This document shows positions 1 through 11,620 of a DNA stretch of 60,000 nucleotides, in pieces (positions within the stretch are counted from its first letter, which is position 1; each line of letters begins with the position of its first letter). The position numbers and the translations under genes were made by a program. The DNA comes from Felis catus (Eukaryota). Below the pieces are notes generated by a model that worked only from the letters and a program-made list of their open reading frames with translations, was not told where the DNA came from and searched no databases. The DNA lies in assembly GCF_018350175.1 (NCBI RefSeq), contig NC_058368.1:103232001-103292000 (forward strand), read 5' to 3'.

Positions 1-1029
1 GGAATGCTGTACCCTTGATTTTATTTATCTTGTTTGTCCAAGTACTATAGACATTAGGGAGGCTTCAATTTAGTGCTCTTAAAGCTGATGAAGGAGGCTG
101 AAGAATTTGGAAAATTTTCTAAAGATAAATCAAGATTAAGTGATGAAAAAAAGAAAAGAAAACCTGTAAATAAGCCAAACACAACAATATTCTGATTTAA
201 AATGGGGTCTGAAAAGAAGTTATTGACCCAGCTTATCCCAATTTTCTCACTAAAATATTTTCTTTAAAAGTCAGAAAGGATAAATCCTCATATGTTATCA
301 CCACCCCTGAACTTGGAGTTAACTAATACCAGAATCAAGGAGTTTCCAATTACCTAAGAATTAAGACAACACACACACACACACACAAATGATTTACAGG
401 TTCCATACAATTATAAACAGTGGAAATAAGTCCCTCAAAAGTAATTTAAAGCCCCTCGTTTCTTTCCTATTTCTTCAGCCCTGGCTCAGAAAAATTGTCT
501 ACAGTAACGTCAAGCCAGGCAGCTGTTCTTGGGACTGAGGGTGCTACATTCTGAGGCAGCACTATGCTGTCCCTTCCCTGACCACAAACAGAAAGAGACG
601 GTCCACTGAAACTTGCAGAAATGCAGGCAGAAAGTGGGTGGGTTGTCTGGGAAGTGGTGTTACACATTCAGGAATTAAAATACAAATGCAGGGTCAGGAC
701 CAAGCAAAGAATTCATCTCAGATCAGTGGGACTATAGTAGACAAAAAGGTACTGAAGCCTGGGAATTAGGCTAGGAGTTGAACATGCTCTTCTCTCTGAG
801 AGGAGGAACAGACCAGGAGCCGTGAGAGTGTGCACAGGGTAAGCCCAGAGAATTCTCTCTTTACTCTAGGATAAATTTTAAAATTTTGTTATGAAGCATA
901 TAAAAAAATATTACATGACAAGAAAAAAATTTAGCTTTCTGAACACTCAGAAGAAGAGCAGATCTCTGAGATGATGAGCTACAAGAATTAAAATATTAAC
1001 TTAGAATATTATTTGGTAGCCTCAGGTGG

Positions 1030-1142
1030 CAAAGGTGGTTGGTCCCTCATTCTTCCTGGGCTGCACAGCTACAACTATATTTCTCAAACTCCCTTAGAGA
1101 GGTGTGGTCAAGACTAAGGTTTCCTCACTGGAAGGTGAGCAC
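1030..1142. mobile_element. Old MaLR (MLT1-type) LTR fragment
   Basis: CTATATTTCTCAAACTCCCTTAGAGAGGTGTGGTCAAGACTAAGGTTTCCTCACTGGAAGGTGAGC resembles the MLT1 motif ctacatttcccagcctcccttgcagttaggtgtggccatgtgactaagttc...tggaatgtgagc. Confidence 0.5.
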
Positions 1143-1996
1143 ACATCCACTTTTTTTTTTTCCTAGTGATTAGAAAGAGTGATAAATAAGAAGGACGAGA
1201 ATAGAAGTCCAGGGACCAATGAGGGTTAGGAGACCCATGTATTTGTGCAAGGACCCCGAAAGCTACACTCCAGGAGTAAGACTGATTTGGATATAGACAA
1301 GCTGTTGCAGAAATGGACACCAGCTTCAAGTCACTTTAATGCAATTTCAGTGACTGAAATGATCGCTAGTTCTAGTAATTGTCTATCTACTAAAACCAGA
1401 TGGAAAAATTACATCATATTCATCCTTAACTGATTTCTCCCAAGTGAAGTTCATTGAGGTGAAATGTACATTCAGTTAAATTCTCTCTTTTTAGTTCTAT
1501 GTTTTTTGATAAACACACTTGAGTAACTGGTCCATGAGAAGGATATAAAAGTTCCCTCGTGTCCCTTTGTGATCAATTCTGTCCACCAACCCCTTGCCCA
1601 CAGCAACCCATTTGATTTCTGTCATTGTGGTTTTGTTTTTTCTGCAATGTCATGTAAACGGAATCATGCAGTGTGTTGACTTTTGAGTCTGGGTATTTTC
1701 ACTTAGCATAATGCATTTGAAATTTATCTCTGTATTTACATAAGTCATTTTTTTTCAACTTATTGCTAAGTACTATTCCACTGTGTGGATGGAATAATAA
1801 TTTATCATTCATCAGTTCATGGGCATTTTAATGGTTTCTAATTTCTGGCATTTTAAAATACAGCTAATACATATATATCTTACATACCCATTTATACATA
1901 TAAATATCTCCAATTTTTGTGTGCATATATATTTTTATTTCTCCTGGATAAATTCCCAGAAGTAGAATTCCATATGGTAAGTATATATTTACTTTT

Positions 1997-2198
1997 TTAA
2001 ATTTATTTTTTACAGTTTATTTATTTATTTTGAGAGAGAGATAAAATGTGAACGGGGAAGGGGCAGAAAGGAGAGAGCGAGAATTCCAGCAGGCTCCACA
2101 CTGCCAGCATGGAGCCCAACGAGGCTTGAACCCATAAACCACGAGATCATGACCTGAGCCCAAGTTCTACCCCAACCATCAGAGCCACCCCGGTGCCC
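1997..2198 (-). mobile_element. Can/SINEC SINE
   Basis: T-tail, (GA)n, ...GAGATCATGACCTGAGCC...GAGCCACCCCGGTGCCC; flanked by a TATTTACTTTT direct repeat. Confidence 0.92.
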
Positions 2199-3142
2199 TT
2201 GTATTTACTTTTCAAAGAAGCTAACTCAGTTTCCCACAGTGGCTGTAACCATTCTTTCCCTCCAACAATGAATGAGAATTCCAGTTACTTCAAGCACTCG
2301 CTGCAATTGGTGTGATCAAATTTTTTTGTTTTTGTTTTGTAATTAAAAAAAATTTAACCACTCTAAATGTACATTGGTATCTCTATGTGGTTTTTTTACT
2401 TCCTCATGACTAATGATGTTGACTTTCTTTTCATAAGCTTACTTCCCATTACTTTATCTTCTTTGGTGTTCAAATCTTTCGTCCATCTTTTTAATGGGTA
2501 TTTTCCTATTGAGTTGCGAGAATTCTTCATATGTTCTGGATACAAGTCCTTTATCAGATATACATTTTGTAATTATTTTACCTTATTCCATGGCTTGCCT
2601 TTTCAGCATGTTTCAAAGAGTACAAATGTTTAATTTTGATCAGGTCCAATCTGTCACTTTTCTCTTTTACAGTTTATGCTTTTTGTGCCGTAAGACATCT
2701 TCATCCTAACTCAAGGTCACTAAGACTTCCCTTATGTTTTTTTTTTTAAGTGATATAGTCTTAAGTTTTATATTCAGGTCTATTCAATTGAAGTCAGCTT
2801 TTGTTTATGGTGTGAGGTATGGGTTGACATTCATTTATATGCATATGTCTCAGTTGTTCCAACAACAATTATTGAAAATAGTCATTTCTCCATCAGATTG
2901 ACTTGCAAACTTTGTTAAAAATCAAGAGACCATATGCGTGTGAGCCTACCTGTAGACTGCTTAGTCTGTTTCATTGATCTGTATGTCTGTCCCTTCGTTT
3001 TCCCTCACTGTCATGAGTGCTCTAGGTTTTACAGTTAAGTACTCTCTGTCTTCCACCTGATTTTTTTTTTCGCCACTTCGGAGGCAGCTATTCTAGCTTC
3101 CTTGCTTTTTCCATGTAAGTCTTATAATCAGCTTTTTGTTTT

Positions 3143-3146
<4 letters not shown>

Positions 3147-3177
<31 letters not shown>
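3147..3177. repeat. (CA)n microsatellite
   Basis: Uninterrupted CA run. Confidence 0.95.
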
Positions 3178-3179
<2 letters not shown>

Positions 3180-5645
3180 GTTTCTTGGTATTATTTTAAT
3201 TGGATTCCACCGAATCTGAAGAACATTTTGGGGGAGAATTAACTACCGACCAGTTTGACTTTTCTTACCTATGACCACCATTTTGTGCTTCTTAACATAC
3301 GAATCTTACACAAATTTGTTTGATTGCCACAAAGTATTCAAATTTTGGTGTTATTGTAAAAGGCACTATTTTACTTAAGTTCAGTTTCTAACTTTTCATT
3401 GCTGGTATACTGATAATTGATATTTGTATACTGGGTTTGTCCCCAACGATCTTGCTAAATTCACCCATTAGTTCTAGTTGCTGTATTACAGAGGCTTTGT
3501 GATCATGTTACTTGTGAATAGAGACTCTTCTATTTCTTCCTTTCCAAACTAGATGACTTTTATTTCTTTCTCTTGCTTCTTGTGCTAGCTACAATCTCCC
3601 GTGGACAGAAATGGTGAGAGTAGACATTCATGCTCTGTTACCAATCTTAAGGGAAAAGAATTCAGTCTTTCACCATTAGGTATGATGTTATCTGCGGGTT
3701 CTTTAGTGTTATTTGTTTGTTTTAATCAATGTCCTTTATGTGGTTGAAGAAAGTTCTGTCAATTTCCAGCTTATTGGGAGACTTTTTTAAAACATAATTA
3801 ATGAATGTCAAATTTTATTAAATACCTTTTGTGCATCTCATAAGAAGATCATGTAATTTTTTTCTTCTTCAGTCTGTTGATAGAGTAAAATTCACTGATT
3901 ATATTTTAATGTTGATCCAACTTTGCATTTCGGGGATAAATCCCTCTTGGTTATGATGTAGTATTTTTTTTTCCATATTGCCAGGTTTGATTTGCCAATA
4001 TTTTTTTGAGAAGTAAATGTTTAAAAATAATTGCTCCTATGCAACATCTGATATTCAGAAAAAGGAACTATGCCCATAAAGAGATAATTCAACTTGGATG
4101 AAGACTAAGAAAAACGATAGACAATGGAAACAGACTCAAAAGGACTGGTGTAATTTTTAAAATCTTTCTTTCTATCAGCTCTTTACCCAGTAGGACTTTT
4201 GTGCTATCCTGTTACTATCCCTCCAGGGCAGACAGGGCTAGCCTGATTTACACGTGGATGCAGTGGCCAAAGACCATGCTAAGGCACCGTGGGAAAGAGG
4301 CAAGTGCATCTCTGACAAATCTACTTCTGGTTGACTTCTACTCTAGGCTGCTCACTTTATCACATCCTGTCCCCATTAACATAACCAACACACACAAACC
4401 AGGTGACAAACGGACGTCAGCCTCCCCAAGGGAGGGTCTCAAGGTTCTCAGATTTGGGGTACCATTTAGGTTCTGCTTTCTTTCCATTCAGAATTGGTTT
4501 TGGTGGAAGTAGATGGCTGTCCCTATCAGTACATACTTTGTTAGCACTTGCGCCTTCTAGACATAGGGACTGGAATACTTTTTGTGTACTTTCCCTGAAA
4601 GATGACGGAAGATACTAGATGTTTTATTATTATAATGAATCCTCTTTGCCACCACCCCCAAATCAGTATCTTTTATAGTTGCAAGTTATTTGCTGAGAGT
4701 TGCTTTTCCATTTAATGAGATTCAAATCGAATATCCTTGATTGTAAGAACTCTAGTTGAATGTTTATTTTTTTTATTTCTTTTTACATCCTTGCAAACGA
4801 AAAGGAAAGGTCTACTATTTATTGGTGAGAAAAAGAATAGGTGTTGCATTCACAAAATTCCAGGAGATGTATGATAAATAAGGTACATTATTATCTACTC
4901 ATAGTAGATAAAATAGAAGTAAAAACAGAAGGAAACAATAAGGAGAACGGTGTGCATAATAACCAAATGACACTTCACTAATCAAGTAGTCTGGATAATC
5001 AGTAAGCTAACAACCAAATAATCAGTAGTGGTGTTAAGAGCAGTCATAACACCAAGTATAATATCAGGTATAGTACCTACAGTATCCTATGTGTTTACAG
5101 ACGTGCCAGTACTAATAGTAGACAAAATGGAATTTAGGGTCTGTGACAGTCAAGGAACTGTGTCTCCCAGGTTTCCTTTAAAGAAGACGTGCTGCCAGGG
5201 CAAGGGGAGAGATAAATGAATGACACCCTGCAGCCACTGCAACTTGAGATCCCTAAGGGGGTTTGTTCTAAGGTCATGTGTCCTCTGAACGGCTCCCAGC
5301 AGCCTGAGTATCATAAAGGCAGTAGAGGAGGACTATTTCTGCCCAGGGTGGGACTTCTGGATTCCATGCAGAATGTCACATTAAGCTATTTCATCAATGA
5401 CGTCATGCACCTCAGGGAGGATGGGCGCAAGGTGGCTGGTCGACTTAAGGCTGACCGCAGACACAGGAGCTAGCTATAGTCCTCCTCCTTGGCTCTGAAT
5501 TTCTCAGTCTCTTCACGGTTCTATTTTTACCTCATACTTTGAGGCCCTGTGGCTTTATTACTAATTATCTAGATGATCTTCTAAGTGGATTATTTCTTTG
5601 CTTAGTTGGCAGGGCCTCCCTTTTGCATTTTTAATGTCTTGACTC

Positions 5646-6105
5646 TGTTAGCACAGGCTCTCTGAGAAGTAAGTAGCAAAACAAAATGAAACATGCAAGA
5701 CAGTTACGGAGGGAAACCTTGTGAAGGAATAAAAGAGGGAAAAGAAGAAGAAGCATGGAATGACTTTCCTATCCGATACTGGTCTATCTCCTGGGAAAGG
5801 GGATAGAGAAGGAAGGAGGTTTAATTAAGTAGGAAGAGACACTGACAACAGTAAAATTCTGAGCAAGTCTCAATCATGGCAAAAGGGAGTCCTTGACAAA
5901 AGGTTGACAGTTAGGATAATTCCATGCTGAGCAGAAATAACTTGTCTCTAGCACTACCATGGTGCTGCATCACTGGCTAGTAGTAGTTTAGTTTAGTTTA
6001 AGTGTATCCAAATGTGGCATCTGAAGGCTGCCAGTCAACTATGTTTTCCCTGGCGGCTTCTTCTGAAAGAAGATATGAGCCATATACTTCCTTGAGTGCC
6101 ACAGT
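5646..6105. mobile_element. ERVL LTR, LTR16-like
   Basis: Starts TGTTAGCACAGGCTCTCTGAGAAG, contains CCTTGTGAAGGAATAAAAGAGGG and GGAAGGAGG...GTAGGAAGAGAC, ends GCCACA; matches recalled LTR16 architecture. Confidence 0.6.
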
Positions 6106-6429
6106 CTATCCTACCCCTTAGACCATACGGATCTATTCCATGAATGTTGAAAGAACAGCAACTCCACGGTTACTGGAGCATCCTTTTCTGAGAAGGAAAT
6201 TCAGAAGGGGGAGTTAGTGAGACAAACGACAAACCTAAGCCCAGAGGATTTACACAATGTCAACAAACCATCAAGGGACATGTAATTTTTCTCTTACACA
6301 AATTATTTCAGTGACCAGAATAAAGGAATAAAAATGCTACAAGTACTAATAAGCATTAGGTCCAGATGTGTATAACTGAAAAATTTAAAACTATAGAAGC
6401 TTACAAAAGATAAAACTTCATCACACACA

Positions 6430-6830
6430 AACACTTTTTAATGGCTGACGTGCCAAGACAACTTTATAGCATCTTCAAGAATCCAGGTTCTAATCTTTCC
6501 CCATCACCATCTTTAGTAAGTGAGTTTCCATTTTCAAGGTCATGTTATGTTTCAGTATGGCTGACAGAGCTCTAATGGTCATGTCTGGTGTACCAAAAAG
6601 AAGAAAAGTAAAACAGTGCGAGTGCCTTTTCCTTGAAGAACACATCCTGCAAATCTTACAGCAACACTTCTGTTTAGATCTCCCTACCTAGAACCAGAGC
6701 CATCATATACAACTTCAATATTATGCATACATAATTCCAAGAGGACCGTTTCACAGAGTGATGTGGCAGCTCTACCAGAATTTATTACATGGTCACATCT
6801 AGATAAAAGTGAAAAAGAGATATGCCAGAA
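6430..6830. mobile_element. Old MaLR (MLT1K/L-like) LTR fragments
   Basis: CAGTATGGCTGACAGAGCTCTAATGGTCATGTC, CTTCTGTTTAGATCTCCC...AGAACC and ATTACATGGTCACATCTAG motifs. Confidence 0.4.
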
Positions 6831-7026
6831 TATCATCGGACATCTCTTATCAACAACAAAAAAAGGAAAATAAAATTGGAAGAGAGATAGGAAGGTAATT
6901 AAGTCTCTGATGCACAAATAAAATCCTTTTCTAAAACTAGCATATCACTGATACAAAACCAAAACTGAACACAGCGGTATAAGAAAAGAAAATTACAGAC
7001 ACATTATCTAATGAAAATGCATACAA

Positions 7027-7389
7027 GGGTGCCTGGGTAGCTCAGTCAGTCAAGGATCTCACTCTTTTTTTTTTTTTTTAATTTTTTTTTCAACGTTTTT
7101 TATTTATTTTTGGGACAGAGAGAGACAGAGCATGAACGGGGGAGGGGCAGAGAGAGAGGGAGACACAGAATCGGAAACAGGCTCCAGGCTCTGAGCCATC
7201 AGCCCAGAGCCTGACGCGGGGCTCAAACTCACGGACCGCGAGATCGTGACCTGGCTGAAGTCGGACGCTTAACCGACTGCGCCACCCAGGCGCCCCTAGG
7301 GATCTCACTCTTAATAACAGTTCAGGCTGAGATCTTGTGGTTTTGAGATAGAGTCCTGCATTAGCAACACATGCCCCCCCCCCCGAGAT

Positions 7390-7422
<33 letters not shown>

Positions 7423-7482
7423 GTGCCCCTCCCCTACCTACACATTCTCTCACACTCAAAATAAATAAACATTAAAAAAAAT
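7027..7482 (+). mobile_element. Can/SINEC SINE (host), split by a nested young SINE
   Basis: GGGTGCCTGGGTAGCTCAGTC head, (CT)n, AATAAA/A-tail; TSD AAAATGCATACAA at 7014-7026 and 7483-7495. Confidence 0.93.
7067..7296 (-). mobile_element. Young felid SINEC_Fc-type SINE, nested
   Basis: Reverse complement reads GGGGCGCCTGGGTGGCGCAGTCGGTTAAGCGTCCGACTTCAGCCAGGTCACGATCTCGCGGTCCG; CpGs intact; TSD GGATCTCACTCTT at 7054-7066 and 7300-7312. Confidence 0.97.
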
Positions 7483-7930
7483 AAAATGCATACAAATATT
7501 AGAAAAATAATTCTGTCATAACATAAAAAGCAATAAATAATACAGTTTAACCAATCAAGATTTGTCCCAGCAATTCAAGTAAAATTCATGAAATTCATCA
7601 TATTAAAAGACTAAATGAGATGAAGTGATAATTTCAACAGACACAGATTTTTTTTGTTAAGAATAAAAATTGATGAATCTTTATAAATATTTACAAATTG
7701 TAAGTACAGGATTATCAAAAAGTATCTATTAAAAACCCACAAAACACATCACACTTAATGGTTAAACTTGAAAAACATTCTTATTAAAAGACAGACAAAA
7801 AAATATACGTCGACTGACACTATCCAACATTTTTGTGAAGTCCCTAGCCAATGCAAAAATATTTTTAAAAAGTATCACATTTCATAAGAGAAAATGTCTG
7901 GTGATTTGTGGTTAATATGATTACTTTATT

Positions 7931-8134
7931 GGGGCACCTGGGTGGCTCAGTCGGTTAAGCGTCTGACTTTGGCTCAGGTCATGATCTTGAGTTATGTAAG
8001 TTCAAGTCCCACGTCAGGTTCTGTGCTGACAGCTCAGACTCTGGAGCCTGTGTCTCCCTCTCGCTCTCTGCCCCTCCCCCACTCATGCTGTCTCTCTCTC
8101 TCTCTCTCAAAAACAAATGAAAACATTAAGAAAA
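7931..8134 (+). mobile_element. Can/SINEC SINE
   Basis: GGGGCACCTGGGTGGCTCAGTCGGTTAAGCG head, (CT)n, A-tail; partial TSD ATGATTAC. Confidence 0.95.
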
Positions 8135-8257
8135 ATGATTACATATCAAATCCAAGAAGAAGAAGCTGTAGAGATGAACTGTTAGAACTAAAGATGAGAA
8201 TTTAGTAATTCTGCTGGAATCTAAGACCAACATTCGAAAATCAAAACCATTCCTTGA

Positions 8258-8456
8258 GGGGTGACTGGATGGCTCAGTTGGTTAAGTGTCTTGATTTTGG
8301 CTCAGGTCATGATCTCATGGGTTCATGAGTTTGAGCCCTGTTTTGGGCTCTGCACTGACAGCACGGAGCCTGCTTGGGATTTGGTCTCCCTCTCTCTCTG
8401 CCCCTCCCCCACTTGCTCTCTACCTCTCTCTTAAAATAAATAAACTTAAAAAAAAA
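8258..8456 (+). mobile_element. Can/SINEC SINE
   Basis: GGGGTGACTGGATGGCTCAGTTGGTTAAG head, (CT)n, AATAAATAAAC and A-tail. Confidence 0.93.
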
Positions 8457-8719
8457 TCCCTTTATAACCTATTAATACCCAATCTAATAATGTAACAAAG
8501 ACATGATGCCCTTTATAACAGCAATAAATATATAAAGATAAAAATAAACACATCTAATTACAGATGAAAAATTGTAAGGAAAGTTATAATATATTACTAA
8601 AAGAAATAATTTTTTGAAAGCCTGAATTAATGAGATATAACATGTTCATGATAGGAGGATAATGTTTAAAGATGAATACTTTTCCCCAAATTCATTTATA
8701 AGTTTAAAAAACATTTTCA

Positions 8720-8929
8720 TTTTTAAAAATTTATTTATTTTGAGAGTGAGAGAGAGAGTGTGAGTAGGGGAGGGAGAGGGACAGAGAGAGAGGGAGAGAG
8801 AATTCCAAGCAGGGCCCATGCTGTCAGCTCAGAGCCCAACATGGGGCTTAAAGCCACAAACCATGAGATCATGACCTGAGCTGAAATCAAGAGTAGGACG
8901 CTTAACCAAATGAGCCACCCAGATGCCCC
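8720..8929 (-). mobile_element. Can/SINEC SINE
   Basis: Ends GAGCCACCCAGATGCCCC; near-TSD AAAA(A/G)CATTTTCA on both sides. Confidence 0.94.
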
Positions 8930-9491
8930 AAAAGCATTTTCAAAGAAAATCCCATATATTTCTTTTTTAGTAACATAGCAAGCCAATTTCAAAAATTTAG
9001 GTGGAAGAGTAAAAAGCCAAGAAAACTGAGGCCATTTCGTAGAACATTAAGAAGTGCTATTTTCCCCAGAAGATATCAAGACTTCTCAAAAAATCATAGC
9101 AGTTATAATGTTACAACATAATGACTATTTGATAAGTAAGCTTCCCTGCATTTCCAATTGCTCCTGGGATGGGCATCACATCCATTTGAGAATCTTGGCT
9201 ATGAAGGATTCCTATCCCAGCACAGGCACACTAGGAAGCATGCACAAGATTTTTACTGCAGCCATAAAATGAACAAATATATACATCAGAATGGAAAAGT
9301 CATCTAAACCTAATGTAGAGTAAAAAAAATTAAGTTGCAACAACATAAGATATACGGCATATTATCATTTATATGAGACTAAGATATGGAAAAATACTGT
9401 ATGTGATGTAAATTTACAAATATCCGGCATAAGTATAAAAACCCAGATGAAGCATGCCTATACCAACTCCAGAATTTTGGTTACCTCTGGG

Positions 9492-9496
<5 letters not shown>

Positions 9497-9528
<32 letters not shown>
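9497..9528. repeat. (GA)n microsatellite
   Basis: GA run. Confidence 0.9.
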
Positions 9529-9532
<4 letters not shown>

Positions 9533-11149
9533 ATGGGTGAGAGGGTTAGGAGCGCTAGAAAGGGGCCTAATACTGTTTCTTCAAAGATTTATTGCTTTTA
9601 GAAAAAGTTACAGCGACTATGGCAAGGCAGTGATGTTTGTTCAACTGGAGTGGGAGATACTCAAGTATGTTAAATTATTGTATGTTTTAAGTTCTCCCTC
9701 CCCACCAAAAAAGAGAGTGGGGAGAGTAAGGTAATCCTGTAGTTTATTATTATATGATAGAACAACCCAAATATAGGAGCACAGTTTCCTTCCCACCAAG
9801 GAATTCACTTTTTAATTATAGGCAATAGCTGGCAAATTCGGGGAGCTATTTGGAGGATACAATTTGTTGCATCTCCCTCATTTACTCCTTCCCCTTTGTA
9901 TGGACTCCAGCTAATCCACAATTCATGTGCTTGCATTCTCTGCAGCTGTGTGCTAATTCTAGACTAAACCCCTCAAATTAGCCATGGATAATAATACACT
10001 AATTCAAACTGGAACACAAAGCAATTTTTCCAGAAGCAATGTGAAAAACCTCACTGATTATTAACTGTGTATACTATAACAATTTTAGAGGTTCGTTACT
10101 GAAGCTTGAAAGAAAATACACTAAGATAAACATACTCAAAGTTGCTTCTGGAGTAGTGTTGATTTTACTTCTCAGCTTTGGAATATGTACAGATATCACT
10201 GTTTCTGGATCTTCCTCTTCCTCTTCCTCTTCCCAAAGAAGTTCCATAACAAAGACATCAAAACAACCACCACCACCAAAGCGACATAAAATAACTAATA
10301 TATTTAGAAAGAACTCATATTTGTACTACAAAATTACCTCCTCTGACTACTTTCTCTCTGTAAAGCTACTTGAAAATTGCATGATCCCAGGTAGATGAAA
10401 AAATATTGCCTTCTTTTTAAAATTAAGTAATTCTAAGTTGTATTACTCCTAAGTTATTGAACAATAAAGATAATTGAAAAGACACTGTTCTTCTTAGTCT
10501 TAACTAGTTGTATAACTCTGAAAGTCCTTCGATATTTAGAACATTTAGGGCTTATAACTTCATTAAACCAAAATAAAATGATACGTAATTTAGCAATATG
10601 TTAGAATTAACTACCTAATCATTTTGACACAACAGGCTTAGAATTAACAGAGTTTATGCTAGAGATTATGTTTCATAGAATGGTTTCGAGATTCACTCAA
10701 GTGCACATCAAGAAACCTACTGGTGTGTTCCCTAACTGCCCTTAAATAATGAGTACGCGAGACACTTTTTTATTCTCTGAGCTTGCATAATCTGCAAGAT
10801 AAAAAATGTTAATATGCCATCTCCACTCTTCTCTTTTCCTGTTTAAAAGCAGTTTAGGAAATTCTGACATTGTTCATTATAAAATGATATTCAGAGACTC
10901 TCTATCCTAGAAAGAAAGGAGAGGAGTAGGCAGGGGAGGGAGAAAAGGGTAGGTAGGACCACACAGGAGGCTACTGAAGGAGTCCAGGTTAAAAAAAAAG
11001 ACTATAGTTGGCCCCACAGTGTTAGCAGGGAGTGGAGACAAGAGAAGGGAAAAGACTGAGGGATAGGATGCAGATACCCAACAGGTGTGTTTTACAGATG
11101 TGGTTGTGTGTGTTGGGAGGGCATAAAGAGAAGAAAAAGACAAGTATAC

Positions 11150-11620
11150 AATTATTCCGGGATTTGTTTGCCTACAGTGAGTGGGTAGTTATTTACCAAA
11201 TGGAAATGATAAGAAAGAAAAGTCTGGGTAAACTGTAGAGAGTTCTGTTTTGGCTACATTCACTTGAGATGCCTTTTAAGCAGTCAGGTAGGGATGACAA
11301 CTGAGCAGTTGGATATTTACATTTGGAGTTACAGGGACAGGTAGGATTTCAGCTCAAGTCATGATCTCATGTTCATGGGTTTGAGCAGCACGGCCGGCTC
11401 TGTGCTGACAGCTCAGAGCCTGGATCCTGCTTCAGAGTCTGTGTGTCCCTCTCTCTCTGATCCTCCCCTGCTTGTATTCATTCATTCATTCATTCATTCA
11501 TTCATTCATTCATTCTCTCTTTCTCTCTCAAAAAATAAGCCCAAATACCTCTAGATTTGGACGTCATGAGTAAAAGGTGGTATTTAAAGACATGACATTC
11601 ATTAGGTGACCCCGAGAAAC
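11150..11620 (-). mobile_element. L2 LINE fragment interrupted by a SINE
   Basis: GAGTTCTGTTTTGGCTACATTCACTTGAGATGCC...GCAGTTGGATATTTACATTTGGAGTT, a typical antisense L2 motif. Confidence 0.7.
11345..11540 (+). mobile_element. 5'-truncated Can/SINEC SINE with an internal (ATTC)n expansion
   Basis: Begins at ATTTCAGCTCAAGTCATGATCTCA, has GGCTCTGTGCTGACAGCTCAGAGCC; (ATTC)n at ~11477-11515. Confidence 0.9.

Larger units (their letters stand above)
1445..4010 (-). mobile_element. Old L1M-type LINE-1 (3' UTR plus part of ORF2), degraded and interrupted by a SINE
   Basis: Antisense L1 motifs: TTTTCACTTAGCATAATGCATTTGA, TTTCCCACAGTGGCTGTAACCATT, GGATACAAGTCCTTTATCAGATATA, AGTCTTTCACCATTAGGTATGATGTT, GGGATAAATCCCTCTTGGTTATGATG. 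Confidence 0.85.
6930..9480 (+). mobile_element. Ancient L1ME-type LINE-1 ORF2/3' remnant hosting five SINEs
   Basis: Sense L1 motifs: AAAATTACAGACACATTATCTAATGAAAATGCATACAA, CACATCACACTTAATGGTTAAAC, AAGTCCCTAGCCAATGCAA, CATGTTCATGATAGGAGGA. Confidence 0.7.

Noticed and set aside
4980..5220. Odd AGTA-rich stretch and 63-aa ORF as a possible viral or mitochondrial insert
   Set aside because: No recognisable similarity to mitochondrial or viral proteins and no insertion hallmarks; a tBLASTx search would be needed to say more.
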